A stretch of DNA of 57,616 bases from an archaeon (GCA_035288565.1 DATDZZ010000052.1:1-57616); one strand, 5' to 3'; positions 42,813 to 53,280 are shown, counted from the stretch's first letter. Notes: generated by a model not told the origin, from the letters alone. Numbers and translations: made by a program.

Positions 42813-44075
42813 ATGAATTTTAAAAAAATTAATCCAATTAAACTCAAAAGAAATGCTGTTGCAGTAGCTCCTCCATCAAAAAGTCTTTCTCACAGGGCAT
42901 TAATTTTGGCTTCATTAAGCAAAGGAAATTCAAAAATTTTTAATTTTCTTGAATCAGAGGACACTTTTTACACAAAGAAAGCACTGCAAAGCTTTGGAGT
43001 AAAAATTAATGGAAAAAAAAATTTAACTGTTGAAAGTTCAGGTAAATTAATTCCTTCAAAAAAAGAAATTAATTGCGGCAATAGCGGAACAACTTTAAGG
43101 TTTTTAGTGGGCTTAAGTGCATTGGTTGAAGGCAAAACAATAATTACAGGAAACAAAGCAATGCAGAAAAGGCCCGTAAAAGATTTGCTAATAGCATTAA
43201 ATGATTTAGGGGTAAAGGGAAGAGCATTAAATAGAAGTGGCTGTCCTCCGGTTGAAATGCATGGAGGGAATTTTTTTGGCGGAAAAACGAATTTAAAGGG
43301 AAGCATTTCTTCGCAATTTTTTTCATCAATTTTAATTGCCGCTCCTTTTGCAGAAAAAGATGTAATAATTAATTCAAATGGAGAGCTTAAATCAAAGCCT
43401 TACATTGATTTAACAATTGCAATAATGAATGATTTTGGAGTAAAGGTTCAAAAAAAAGGTTATAAAAAATTCATTGTTAAAAAAGGACAGAAATACAAAA
43501 AAAGAAATTATTTTGTTGAAGGAGATTACAGCAATGCTGCCTATTTTTTTGCTTTGGCTGCAATCTTAAAAGAAAAAATTAAAGTAAAAAACCTGAATCC
43601 CAAAAGCCTTCAGGCTGATAAGATTTTCTTAAACTGCATTAAAAGAATGGGCTGTGAAGTTAGATTTGGAAATGATTTTATTGAAGTGCAGGGAAATGAC
43701 TTGAAGGCAATTAATGCTAATTTAAGCAATGCTCCTGACATAGTCCAGCCTCTAAGCATAGTGGCAAGCTATGCGAAAGGAAAAACAAGAATCAATGGGG
43801 TAAGCCATTTAAGATTCAAAGAAACCGACAGGCTCAAAGCCTTGGAAAAAGAATTAATTAGAGCAGGAATAAAAGTTAAAACAGGAAAAAACTTCATTGA
43901 AATATTTGGAGGAAAACATAAAAAAGCAGCTTTCAGGACCTACAATGACCACAGAATGGCTATGAGTTTTTCGTTAATTGGCTTTAAAGAAAAAGGCTTT
44001 TCAATTGAAAATCCTTCATGCGTAAGCAAAAGCTTTCCAGATTATTTTAAGGAAATGAAAAAAATCAGTGATTAA
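42813..44075 (+). CDS. aroA: 3-phosphoshikimate 1-carboxyvinyltransferase (EPSP synthase)
   Basis: PSKSLSHRAL, NSGTTLRFL, KETDRL, DHRMAMSF motifs. Confidence 0.92.
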   Translation: MNFKKINPIKLKRNAVAVAPPSKSLSHRALILASLSKGNSKIFNFLESEDTFYTKKALQSFGVKINGKKNLTVESSGKLIPSKKEINCGNSGTTLRFLVGLSALVEGKTIITGNKAMQKRPVKDLLIALNDLGVKGRALNRSGCPPVEMHGGNFFGGKTNLKGSISSQFFSSILIAAPFAEKDVIINSNGELKSKPYIDLTIAIMNDFGVKVQKKGYKKFIVKKGQKYKKRNYFVEGDYSNAAYFFALAAILKEKIKVKNLNPKSLQADKIFLNCIKRMGCEVRFGNDFIEVQGNDLKAINANLSNAPDIVQPLSIVASYAKGKTRINGVSHLRFKETDRLKALEKELIRAGIKVKTGKNFIEIFGGKHKKAAFRTYNDHRMAMSFSLIGFKEKGFSIENPSCVSKSFPDYFKEMKKISD

Positions 44076-45728
44076 ATGGCTGAAAAAGAAAAAAATTTAT
44101 CGGAAAAAAAAACAAACATTGTTTTAATTGGCTTAAGAGGCTCCGGCAAAAGTTTTGTTGGCATTGAATTGGCAAAAAAATTGAATAAAAATTTTTTTGA
44201 TTCAGATGAATTAATTGAAAAAAAGTTGAACAAAAAAATTTCTGAAATTTTTAAAGATTATGGAGAAAGCTTTTTCAGAAAAAAAGAAGCTGATTTAATT
44301 AATTTTTTATCAAAGAAAAAAAATGCAGTAATTTCTTGCGGCGGAGGAGTTGTTTTAAATGAAAGCAATATGAAAGCACTGCAAAAAAACGGAGTAATTT
44401 TTTTTCTTTCAGTTGATCCAAAAAAAGCCTGGAAGAGAATTAAAAAGGATTTAAACAGGCCTCAGCTGACTAAATTTAATGCAGAAAAAGATTTAGAGGA
44501 AACCTTAAGAAAAAGAAAAAGACTTTACAATAAATACTCTGATTTTTTCATTGATGTGAACAGCAGTAATTTAAAAAGAAAAGCAATTCAGATAAAAGAA
44601 TTATTTTTAGCTGTTAAAGGTTTAAAGAAATTTAATTACAAAGTAAAAGAAGAAAAAACAGATATTTTTATTGGGGAAAATCTTTCTTCATTAATTGTTT
44701 CAGAATTAATTAAAGAAAATTATTCTAAAACTTTAATTGTAACCGACTCAGTTATTAAACGCCTTTACTTAAACCCATTCACTAAGCTGCTGAAGGAAAA
44801 CCAAATCCCCTTCAAAGTTTTTTCAATCAAGCCAGGAGAACAAAGCAAGTCTTTCTCTAATTATAAAAAATTAATTGAATTTGCTTTCAAGGAAAGGCTT
44901 GACAGAAATTCCTGTATTCTTGGTTTTGGCGGAGGGGTTGTAAATGATTTGGCTAATTTTACTGCTTCCACTTACATGAGAGGAATTGATTTCTTAAGCA
45001 ATTCAACAACTCTCCTTTCTGTTGATTCATCAATTGGAGGAAAAAACGGAATTAATTTAAGTTCTGGAAAAAATATTATTGGCACAATAACTCAGCCGAA
45101 AAAGATTTTTTTTGATATTGATTTTTTTTCAACTCTTCCTGATAAGGAAATCAGGAATGGTTTAGCTGAAATAATTAAGCAGGCGCTGGTTTTTGATTCA
45201 AAAACTTTTTCTTTTATTGAAAGAAATGCAGAAAAAATAAAGAAAATGAATTCAAATGCATTAATTGAATTAATTGAAAAAAGCATTAAAATTAAAGCCC
45301 AGATAATTGAAAAGGATTCAAATGAAAAAGGATTAAGAAAAATACTCAATTTAGGGCACACATTAGGGCATGCAATTGAGTCATTCACAAAATACAAGAA
45401 ATATTCCCATGGAGAAGCCATAGTGATGGGAATGAATTACTCATTTAAGTTATCAGAGAAGCTGGGGTTAATGAATGAAAATCAAACAAAAAGAATCCTT
45501 GAATTATTCAAAAAATTTAATTTAAATTATTTTATTCCGGCTCTGCCAATTGAAAAATTAATTTTTTTAATGAGCAAAGACAAGAAAGCCGAAAAAAATA
45601 CCATTAATTTCACTCTGTTAAGTGGAATTGGGAAAGCTCACAGTAAAGGAAAGAAATTCGTTGTTTCAGTAGAAAAAAAGACATTAATTGAAGCCTGGAA
45701 AGAATTAGCCTGGAAGGAATTCAAATGA
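44076..45728 (+). CDS. aroKB: bifunctional shikimate kinase (P-loop AroK type) / 3-dehydroquinate synthase
   Basis: N-terminus IVLIGLRGSGKS...DSD...GGGVV...RP (AroK). C-terminus GGGVVNDL, GGKNGIN, LNLGHTLGHAIE, HGEAI (AroB). Confidence 0.88.
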   Translation: MAEKEKNLSEKKTNIVLIGLRGSGKSFVGIELAKKLNKNFFDSDELIEKKLNKKISEIFKDYGESFFRKKEADLINFLSKKKNAVISCGGGVVLNESNMKALQKNGVIFFLSVDPKKAWKRIKKDLNRPQLTKFNAEKDLEETLRKRKRLYNKYSDFFIDVNSSNLKRKAIQIKELFLAVKGLKKFNYKVKEEKTDIFIGENLSSLIVSELIKENYSKTLIVTDSVIKRLYLNPFTKLLKENQIPFKVFSIKPGEQSKSFSNYKKLIEFAFKERLDRNSCILGFGGGVVNDLANFTASTYMRGIDFLSNSTTLLSVDSSIGGKNGINLSSGKNIIGTITQPKKIFFDIDFFSTLPDKEIRNGLAEIIKQALVFDSKTFSFIERNAEKIKKMNSNALIELIEKSIKIKAQIIEKDSNEKGLRKILNLGHTLGHAIESFTKYKKYSHGEAIVMGMNYSFKLSEKLGLMNENQTKRILELFKKFNLNYFIPALPIEKLIFLMSKDKKAEKNTINFTLLSGIGKAHSKGKKFVVSVEKKTLIEAWKELAWKEFK

Positions 45729-47239
45729 AGGTTCTTTCAGTAATTCCGCAAAGCTTCAATGATTTGAAAAAAATCCTTAAACAAAGGCATGAAACAGATT
45801 TAATTGAATTAAGGCTGGATAACATAAATTTCAATGATTTAATTTCCTTTAATTTTGATTCAATTTTTTCTTCAATGCCTTTGATTTTAACTCTGCGAAG
45901 CAAACAAGAAGGAGGCTTTTTTTCTGAAGGAGAAGAAAAAAGAATTCAATTAATTAAAAAAATAATCAATTCAGAAAATAAAAGAATTGAATTCATTGAC
46001 TTAGAGCATTCAATTCAAGAAAATACTTTAAAGAAATTAATTGAATCAGCGGCTGAAAAAAACAAGAAAATTATTTTGTCTTCGCACAATTTAAAAAAAG
46101 CTTTTTCAAAACAAGAGCTGAAAAAAAAATTCCTTGAAATGAAAAAATTTAATGCTGAAGTGATTAAAATTATTGGAACAGCTTCAAAGTTAACAGACAA
46201 CCTGATTTTGATTGACCTTTTAAAAGAATTAAATCAGAAAAAAAATCAGCAAAAAGTTTCATTGGCTTTAATGGCGGAGAAAGGCCAGCCTTCAAGAATT
46301 TTAGGGGCATTATTCGGAAATTATTTAACTTACTGCGCTTTAAACGAAGAAAGTTTAACTGCTTCAGGGCAGATAACTTTGAAAGAATTGAATGAATTCT
46401 ATGTCCTTGAAAGGTTTAAAGAAATTCCAAAATTATTTTCAGTTATAGGCAATCCAGTAAAGCATTCAAAAGGAAACATTATTCACAACCTTGCAATGAT
46501 TAATCAAAAAATCAACGGTTTATACATAAAATTATTTGTTGATGATTTGCATGATTTTTTTATTTTTTTCAATGAATTAAATTTTTCGGGTGCTTCAATT
46601 ACTTCTCCTCACAAAGAAGCAGTCATTCCTTTCCTTGATTCCTTGGATCCTTTAGCTGAAAAAATCCAGTCAGTGAATACTATTGCAAGGGAAAACGGAA
46701 AACTAAAAGGATTTAACACTGACTGCTTTGGAGCAATTAATTCCTTAAAAGAATTAACTGAATTAAAAGGAAAAAAAGTTGCTTTAATTGGCGCTGGAGG
46801 AGCCGCCAATGCAGTTGCGTTTGGATTAAAAAAAGAGAAAAGCAATTTAACTATTGTCAACAGGGATGAATTTAAAGGAAGAAAGCTTGCAGAAGAAAAT
46901 AATGCAAAATTCTTAAGCCTAAAAGAATTTCAGGAAAAAGAAAAACTTGAATTTGATGTTATCATTAATGCAACAACCATTGGAATGACTCCAAATATTA
47001 ATGAATCATTAATTAAAAAAAGCCAGTTAAATGAGAATCAAATAGTTTTTGATTTAATTTACTCACCTCCCGAAACTAAATTGCTTAAAGAAGCAAAGGA
47101 AGCCGGATGCAAAACAATAAATGGATTTAGAATGCTTGTTTTGCAGGCAGCAAAGCAGTTTGAGTTATGGCATAAAAAGCCGGCTCCAATTGAATTAATG
47201 CAGAAAATATTAAATGAAATCTTTGAGGCAAAAAAATGA
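45725..47239 (+). CDS. aroDE: bifunctional 3-dehydroquinate dehydratase (type I) / shikimate 5-dehydrogenase
   Basis: N-terminus ELRLD...LTLR...GG..., SSHN, KIIG (AroD). C-terminus GNPVKHSK, TSPHKE, NTD, GAGGAA (AroE). Confidence 0.88.
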   Translation: MKVLSVIPQSFNDLKKILKQRHETDLIELRLDNINFNDLISFNFDSIFSSMPLILTLRSKQEGGFFSEGEEKRIQLIKKIINSENKRIEFIDLEHSIQENTLKKLIESAAEKNKKIILSSHNLKKAFSKQELKKKFLEMKKFNAEVIKIIGTASKLTDNLILIDLLKELNQKKNQQKVSLALMAEKGQPSRILGALFGNYLTYCALNEESLTASGQITLKELNEFYVLERFKEIPKLFSVIGNPVKHSKGNIIHNLAMINQKINGLYIKLFVDDLHDFFIFFNELNFSGASITSPHKEAVIPFLDSLDPLAEKIQSVNTIARENGKLKGFNTDCFGAINSLKELTELKGKKVALIGAGGAANAVAFGLKKEKSNLTIVNRDEFKGRKLAEENNAKFLSLKEFQEKEKLEFDVIINATTIGMTPNINESLIKKSQLNENQIVFDLIYSPPETKLLKEAKEAGCKTINGFRMLVLQAAKQFELWHKKPAPIELMQKILNEIFEAKK

Positions 47240-48324
47240 GTTTCAATTCATTCGGAAAGCTTTTCAGGATAACTTCTTTTGGAGAAAGCCACGGCCCGTT
47301 AATTGGGGTTGTAATTGACGGCTGTCCTTCAGGAATTAAGTTAAGTGAAAAAGAAATTCAAAAAGAATTAAATAAAAGAAAGCCAGGGCAAAGCAGGCTT
47401 GTTTCTTTAAGAAAAGAAGAAGACAAGGCGAAAATTGCAAGCGGAGTCTTTCAAGGCAAGACAACAGGGCATCCAATTGCATTAATTATTGAAAACAAAG
47501 ACATTCAGGGGCAAAAATACGAAAAAATTAAGGATTTATTCAGGCCCGGCCACGCAGATTACACTTATTCATTGAAATACGGTTTAAGGGATTATTTTGG
47601 GGGAGGAAGAAGCTCAGCAAGAGAAACAGCTGCAAGAGTTGCAGCAGGAGCAATTGCAAAAAAAATTCTTTCAAAAAACAAAATTAAAATAATTGGAAGC
47701 GTAATTCAAATTGGAAACATTAAAGCTGAAATATTTGATGAAAAAGAAATTCAAAAAAACTTAGTTTTTTGTGCAGATAAAAGAGCTGCAAAAAAAATGG
47801 AAAAATTAATTGATGAAACAAGAAGAGAAGGCGATTCAATTGGCGGAATAATTGAAGTCAAAGTAAAAAACCCTGTTGCAGGTTTAGGCAACCCAGTGTA
47901 TGAAAAGCTTTCAAGCCAGTTAGGAAACGCAATTTTAAGCATTAATGCAGTGAAAGGAATTGAGTTCGGAAAAGGCTTTGAGCTTGCTTCAATGAAGGGA
48001 AGCGAAAGCAATGACCAGCTTTCAGCGAAGGGATTCAAATCAAACAACATGGGAGGAATTCTTGGAGGAATTTCTTCCGGGCAGGAAATTGTTTTCCGTG
48101 CTGTAGTTAAGCCTGCTTCCTCAATTTTAAAAGAACAGGAAACAATTTCAGTTAAAGGAAGGAAAGCAAAAATTAAAGTTGAAGGAAGGCACGATCCATG
48201 CATTGCAATTAGGGCTGTTCCAGTGCTTGAAGCAATGACAGCAATAGTGCTTGCAGACAATTTAATTCAATTAAAGGGATATGAAAAATTAAATGAAAAA
48301 TTTAAAGGCAAAAAAATAAAATAA
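47236..48324 (+). CDS. aroC: chorismate synthase
   Basis: FGESHG, RPGHAD, GGGRSSARET, GRHDPC motifs. Confidence 0.93.
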   Translation: MSFNSFGKLFRITSFGESHGPLIGVVIDGCPSGIKLSEKEIQKELNKRKPGQSRLVSLRKEEDKAKIASGVFQGKTTGHPIALIIENKDIQGQKYEKIKDLFRPGHADYTYSLKYGLRDYFGGGRSSARETAARVAAGAIAKKILSKNKIKIIGSVIQIGNIKAEIFDEKEIQKNLVFCADKRAAKKMEKLIDETRREGDSIGGIIEVKVKNPVAGLGNPVYEKLSSQLGNAILSINAVKGIEFGKGFELASMKGSESNDQLSAKGFKSNNMGGILGGISSGQEIVFRAVVKPASSILKEQETISVKGRKAKIKVEGRHDPCIAIRAVPVLEAMTAIVLADNLIQLKGYEKLNEKFKGKKIK

Positions 48325-48345
48325 AAAAACAGTAAATGAAAAAAC

Positions 48346-49173
48346 ATGAAAACAATAGGAATAATTGGCGGAACAGGGGCAATGGGTAAAGCCTTTTCAG
48401 TTTTTTTTAAAAAAAACGGATTCAAAGTAATTGCCAGCAGCAGGAAAACAAAGTTAAGCAATAAAGAATTGATTGAAAAAAGCGACATAGTAATTTACAG
48501 CCTGCCAATTTATTCAGCTGAAAAAATAATCAAGGAAACAGCGCCTTTTGCTAAAAAAGGAACGATTTTAGCTGACTTCACTTCATTAAAAGAAAAAACA
48601 GTCAAAGCAATGAAAAAGAATTCAAACAAAGAAGTTGAAGTTCTTGGCATTCATCCGATGTTCGGCCCTTCAGTTAAAAACTTTGAAAATAAATTAATTG
48701 TTTTATGCAAAGGCAGAGGCATCAAAGGACTGAATTTTTTTGAAAAATTGTTTAAAAAAAATAAAGTTAAAGTAAAAATTGTTTCTCCTGAAAAGCATGA
48801 CAAGATTTCAGCAATAATTCAGGCAATGATTCACATTAATAATTTAAGCTTGGCAAAAACTTTTGCAGCTTCAGGCTTTACAGTAAAGGAACTGCAAAGC
48901 TATTCCACTCCAATGTTTAATTTTTCGCTGAATTCAATTGGAAGAATGACTGCGCAGAATCCTGAAATTTACAGGGACATTGCATTCAAAAACCTTGAAG
49001 TAAAAAAAATTTTAAAAAAATATTCCGAGTCTTTCAATGAACTGAACAAAATAGTTCTTTCAAAAAACGAAAAAAAATTTGATGAAATGTTCAAGGATTT
49101 GAATAATTACTTTAAACCAATTTCAAAGAAAAAATTAGCTTTAACTGACAAAATTATCAGCGAATTTTTTTAA
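48346..49173 (+). CDS. tyrA: prephenate dehydrogenase
   Basis: GIIGGTGAMG Rossmann motif, HPMFGP, and H..N helix typical of TyrA. Confidence 0.85.
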   Translation: MKTIGIIGGTGAMGKAFSVFFKKNGFKVIASSRKTKLSNKELIEKSDIVIYSLPIYSAEKIIKETAPFAKKGTILADFTSLKEKTVKAMKKNSNKEVEVLGIHPMFGPSVKNFENKLIVLCKGRGIKGLNFFEKLFKKNKVKVKIVSPEKHDKISAIIQAMIHINNLSLAKTFAASGFTVKELQSYSTPMFNFSLNSIGRMTAQNPEIYRDIAFKNLEVKKILKKYSESFNELNKIVLSKNEKKFDEMFKDLNNYFKPISKKKLALTDKIISEFF

Positions 49174-49194
49174 TGATTTTTTTCAATACTTCTT

Positions 49195-49956
49195 TTAATT
49201 TAAAGTTAATTTAACCGGGCAGTGATCCGAGCCCATTACTTTATCCAAAATTTCTGTTTTTTTAACTCTTTTCATGAAATTTTTTGACACTAAAAAATAA
49301 TCTATTCGCCACCCAATGTTTTTCTTTCTTGCATTAAACATGTAGCTCCACCAAGTGTATTGCTTTGGCTCTTTATTGAATTCCCTGAAAGAATCAACAA
49401 AATCATTTTCAACAAGTTTGTCAAAGCCTGCTCTTTCTTCTGGAGTGAAGCCTGCATTTTTTGCATTGCTTTTAGGATTAGCTAAATCAATTTCTTTATG
49501 AGCAACATTAAAGTCTCCGCAGACAATTACCGGCTTATTTTTCTCCAATTTTTTTAAGTATTTTAAAAAATCTTCATCCCATTTCTCTCTGTATTTTAAT
49601 CTTGTTAAGCCTCTCTGAGAATTAGGAGTGTAAACATTAACTAAAATAAAATCCTCAAACTCTAAAGCAATAACTCTTCCTTCTTTGCCATGCTCTTTGA
49701 TTTCCATATCATATGCAACACTTAAAGGCTTTTTTTTAGTGAAAACAGCTGTTCCTGCATAGCCTTTCTTTTCAGCAGCATTCCAGTAATGCTCGTAATC
49801 TTTAAGCATTTCATCCACCTGGTCAGGATGAGCTTTAGTTTCCTGAACGCATAAAATGTCAGGCTTCTCATTTTCAACAAATTCAAGGAAATTTTTCTGC
49901 ATTACTGCTCTAATCCCATTAACATTCCAGGAAATTATTTTCATTGCATCACGCAA
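49195..49956 (-). CDS. xth: exodeoxyribonuclease III (AP endonuclease)
   Basis: SWNVNG, CVQETK, GDFN, SDHCP motifs. The start is probably the MKIISW Met at 49944. Confidence 0.92.
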   Translation of the reverse strand: MRDAMKIISWNVNGIRAVMQKNFLEFVENEKPDILCVQETKAHPDQVDEMLKDYEHYWNAAEKKGYAGTAVFTKKKPLSVAYDMEIKEHGKEGRVIALEFEDFILVNVYTPNSQRGLTRLKYREKWDEDFLKYLKKLEKNKPVIVCGDFNVAHKEIDLANPKSNAKNAGFTPEERAGFDKLVENDFVDSFREFNKEPKQYTWWSYMFNARKKNIGWRIDYFLVSKNFMKRVKKTEILDKVMGSDHCPVKLTLN

Positions 49957-49992
49957 TTAAAGAAGAAGATAATGAATAAAAATTAATCACAC

Positions 49993-51027
49993 TCAATCAG
50001 AATCATCTGGATACTTTGTTTTTCCTGTATTAACAATTAAAATTTTTTTATCTTTTTTGACTTCTTTTTTCATCTGCAGCAGCATGGCAAGCCCTGCAAT
50101 TCCTGATGGCTCGCAGTTTATTTCCTGCCTTTCAGCTAAAGCAATTGCTTCATCCAAATAATTTTCCTGAACTAATTTAACATTTGAATTTGGTCCGCAG
50201 AATCCGGAATACTTGTATAAAGTCATCCATTGCTCGTCAAAATGAACAAAAGGCAAATGGGGAGAGTAAAGCTTGTCTGCTTTTGAATTTGGATTGTTGC
50301 TTGTCGCTCCAACAAAATTGCATGCCCTGAGCTTTTTTATGTCTCCTGAAAATCTTGGATCATGGTTTTTTGTTGAAACTTCTTTTTTGTTTATGTTTAA
50401 AATATTTTCAAACAAGTTTCCTGTTCCAAAAGGAATGAAGCAGTAATCAGGAGAACTATTGATTATTTCGTAGCTCATCCAATCATAAAATCTAGTTGTT
50501 GGGTCAAGGGCTTCGCTTGACGTAATATCAAAACCATTTTCGTTTTTAGTCAGAGCAAGAATTTCTTTCCAGTTTAATGCTTTTCTGCTTAAATCAAATT
50601 CATATACTTCACAGCCAATTTTTTTCATTGACTTTAAAATAAATGCGTCAATGTTATGGTCCACTAATACTTTTAAGTCAGGCAAACCATGCTTTCTGAA
50701 CTGGGTTTGAATAGCTATTGCAGCTGACCCTGAAGAAATTAAGGACATTTGAGGCAACAAAGTTTCAACCTGGCCTCTTTTTTTTGCAAGCAAAAAATCC
50801 CTGTAAGTTACAACCATTTCCCAAGCCATTCTGTCTTTATGGGTGCCGGTAAGATTAACTGATTCATCTTTAAGCCAGACATCTGAAAAGCTGGGAACTT
50901 CAATTTCATAAGTGGGAGTGGCAGGAAATTTAGGGTTATCAGCAGGAAATTCAGGATTGCTTGGGTCATTTTCAGAGTTGACTTTAATTGATTTCAAAAT
51001 CTTTTCTTCTTTATTGCTTAAACTCAT
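49993..51027 (-). CDS. fold-type II PLP-dependent enzyme (threonine synthase / Trp synthase beta-like), specificity unknown
   Basis: KDESVNLTGTHKDR (PLP Lys motif), GSAA, CEPSGIAGLA. Unusual N-terminal NPEFPADNPKFPATP. Confidence 0.6.
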   Translation of the reverse strand: MSLSNKEEKILKSIKVNSENDPSNPEFPADNPKFPATPTYEIEVPSFSDVWLKDESVNLTGTHKDRMAWEMVVTYRDFLLAKKRGQVETLLPQMSLISSGSAAIAIQTQFRKHGLPDLKVLVDHNIDAFILKSMKKIGCEVYEFDLSRKALNWKEILALTKNENGFDITSSEALDPTTRFYDWMSYEIINSSPDYCFIPFGTGNLFENILNINKKEVSTKNHDPRFSGDIKKLRACNFVGATSNNPNSKADKLYSPHLPFVHFDEQWMTLYKYSGFCGPNSNVKLVQENYLDEAIALAERQEINCEPSGIAGLAMLLQMKKEVKKDKKILIVNTGKTKYPDDSD

Positions 51028-51268
51028 TTAATCTCCTGAAGAAATTTACTTTGAAAAATTTTTTAAATGAGTTAGGGGAAATTCGGAGTTACTTGAATGC
51101 TTTAAATGCTTCTTAAAAGCCATTTTTTAGGTGATATTATGGTTGAGCATTTAAGTTTTAATTCACAAAAGAAAAAATCACATTGAATTCAGTCAATTAA
51201 CGAATTTTGTTTCTTTTTTTTGAGAGTTTTTATATATATCTTCTGCGATTTTAAAGTGAGGTGATTTC

Positions 51269-51490
51269 TTGAAAGGAAAAGAAAAAAAGTCTTTGGACAT
51301 GGCTGCTTGGCTTTTGCTGATAGTGGGCGGATTAAATTGGGGATTAGTCGGCTTGGGAAGCCTAGCTAACTCAGGGTCTTGGAATGTAGTTGAAATAGTT
51401 TTAGGATCAGTTCCAGTAGCAAGAGACTTAGTCTATCTATTAGTCGGATTGTCAGCTCTTTACTTGGCTTGGATGGAACTTTCAAAATAA
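51269..51490 (+). CDS. DUF378-family small membrane protein
   Basis: WLLLIVGGLNWGLVGL...VYLLVGLSALY pattern. TTG start after a strong GAGGTGAT SD (alternative ATG at 51299). Confidence 0.75.
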   Translation: MKGKEKKSLDMAAWLLLIVGGLNWGLVGLGSLANSGSWNVVEIVLGSVPVARDLVYLLVGLSALYLAWMELSK

Positions 51491-51530
51491 AGTTCCACTT
51501 TTTTTTATTTAACTATTTCCTTAAACAATT

Positions 51531-52229
51531 CTATTTTAAGTATTTTAAAATTTCCTTGAAATTTTCTTTTCCTTTTTCCTGATTAATGGAATAAGTTGAA
51601 ACTTCCTGCAATTCTTTTGCAGCATTAAAGGCAATAGACAAGCCGACGGCTTTAGCGAAAGGAATATCGTTTCTTCCATCTCCAACAAAAGCGCATTCGC
51701 TTGCATTCAACCCGTGTTCTTTCATTATTAAGTTCATGAAATCAAGTTTTCCTTCATAATCACATGGAAGCAGATTCCAATGCGCAATTGACCCATCTTC
51801 ATTCCAGTAATACTCGCATGCAGCAAAAGCATGATTTATCTTCAAATCTTTTACAGCTCTGTCAGCCTGGGATTTGAATCCTCCGGAAATCAAAGCAGTC
51901 CTTAAACCCTTCTTGTTTAATTCCTTAAAACTTTCTTTCACTCCTTCATGAAACTCAATTGACTGCATTATTTCTTCAAAAAAATCTTTTTTCAAGCCAT
52001 ACTTTTTATGGATTTCAATTGTATCTTCCATCCATTCAACATAGCCGTTGTATTCTCCTTTGCTCCATTTCTCTTTAGTTTTTTCTTCTTCTTCAAAAGC
52101 TTTTTCTCCAAGATGCTTTGCAATCAAAGTCCATGCGCTAGGAGAAGTATTTCCTTGAGAGTCATGAAAAGTTTTCTTGAATAAAGTGCCTTCCATATCA
52201 AAAAAAATCAATTTAATTTTAGAATTCAT
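51531..52229 (-). CDS. HAD-superfamily hydrolase, phosphoserine phosphatase-like
   Basis: IFFDMEGTL (DxDxT-like nucleophile motif), SGGF, GDGRND. Confidence 0.75.
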   Translation of the reverse strand: MNSKIKLIFFDMEGTLFKKTFHDSQGNTSPSAWTLIAKHLGEKAFEEEEKTKEKWSKGEYNGYVEWMEDTIEIHKKYGLKKDFFEEIMQSIEFHEGVKESFKELNKKGLRTALISGGFKSQADRAVKDLKINHAFAACEYYWNEDGSIAHWNLLPCDYEGKLDFMNLIMKEHGLNASECAFVGDGRNDIPFAKAVGLSIAFNAAKELQEVSTYSINQEKGKENFKEILKYLK

Positions 52230-52277
52230 AAAAGAAAATAGTTAAACAAAAATAAATTTGTATGCCTTGAATTCAAT

Positions 52278-52892
52278 TTACAATTTTTTTTTAAAAAAAT
52301 CAAAGAAAAAAGTTAATGAAAGGTATTCAGTAAGTAAATGGGCTAAAGCGTCAACTGCATTGCTTGCAATTAAATTGTCATGTTCAGATAATCTTTCTTT
52401 ATTTTGTTTTTCCCTAATTTCATTGATTTTTTCATTTAGTTCTTCAGCATTTTTTTGAATTAACTCAAGACTTTTTTTCACTTTTTCAAGCGCTTCTTCT
52501 GTAGGAATATTTAGGTTAGACTTAATTTGTGTTAAAGCGTCATTAAACTTTTGTTTTTTGATTTCAGGGCCTTGAATAAAAAAACTTTTAATTAATGGTT
52601 CAAGAAAAATCTGTGAAAGTTTTGAATCCTTATAAAGCTCCGTTCTTGTTCTTGATTCAAAAATTTCTCTTATTGGATGAACCATCCACATCTTGCCTTC
52701 CGCATCAGGTATTTCATGATATGAAGGATAATCAAATGCTTTCAATAAAGCCTCCATTAAATCCATTATTCCTTTACTGTCTAAGTTTTCAATTGAAAAA
52801 ACTTTTTGAATAGCTTCTGTTCTTTTTCTTTGAAAATCAGGGTCTTGTTCATGAAAATAAATTTTTCTTTTTTTAGGATTTCTTCCTGGCAT
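52278..52892 (-). CDS. hypothetical protein with a basic N-terminus (MPGRNPKKRK)
   Basis: 204-aa ORF. No family recognised. Confidence 0.45.
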   Translation of the reverse strand: MPGRNPKKRKIYFHEQDPDFQRKRTEAIQKVFSIENLDSKGIMDLMEALLKAFDYPSYHEIPDAEGKMWMVHPIREIFESRTRTELYKDSKLSQIFLEPLIKSFFIQGPEIKKQKFNDALTQIKSNLNIPTEEALEKVKKSLELIQKNAEELNEKINEIREKQNKERLSEHDNLIASNAVDALAHLLTEYLSLTFFFDFFKKKL

Positions 52893-52969
52893 AAAATCAA
52901 GTATAAATTATTTTATATAAATATAAACTTAAATCATGTTTATATTTCTTTTTAGTTAAATGGATTATT

Positions 52970-53245
52970 ATGCAAAAAAGCTTGAAAATTAACATTGAAG
53001 CAGAAATTAAGAAAATTCAAGAAAGAAATGAAAGAGTTGAAGCAGACAAGGCTTGGGAGACAAGCAATGCAAGAAAGGCTTTGATTTTTGTTTTAACTTA
53101 CCTTGTGATTGTTGTTTTTTTCTTTGCAGCTGGCCTGCCTAATCCATTCGTTAATTCCGTTGTGCCTGCTGTTGGATTTCTTTTGTCAACTTTAACAATT
53201 CCTTTATTCAAAGGTTACTGGATTAAAAATTTTTATAAAAAATAG
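52970..53245 (+). CDS. hypothetical small membrane protein (2 TM)
   Basis: Charged N-terminal helix followed by two hydrophobic helices. Confidence 0.45.
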   Translation: MQKSLKINIEAEIKKIQERNERVEADKAWETSNARKALIFVLTYLVIVVFFFAAGLPNPFVNSVVPAVGFLLSTLTIPLFKGYWIKNFYKK

Positions 53246-53280
53246 ATTATGAAATGCTTTTTTTAAAAAAAAAGAAAGTT

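Noticed and set aside
51028-51268. 240-nt intergenic region with a 15-codon mini-ORF (MVEHLSFNSQKKKSH)
   Set aside because: It has no SD, no notable codon bias or functional link to neighbouring genes, and no structure or GC signal. It is treated as an ordinary promoter region (TATATATAT and GAGGTGAT for the DUF378 gene).
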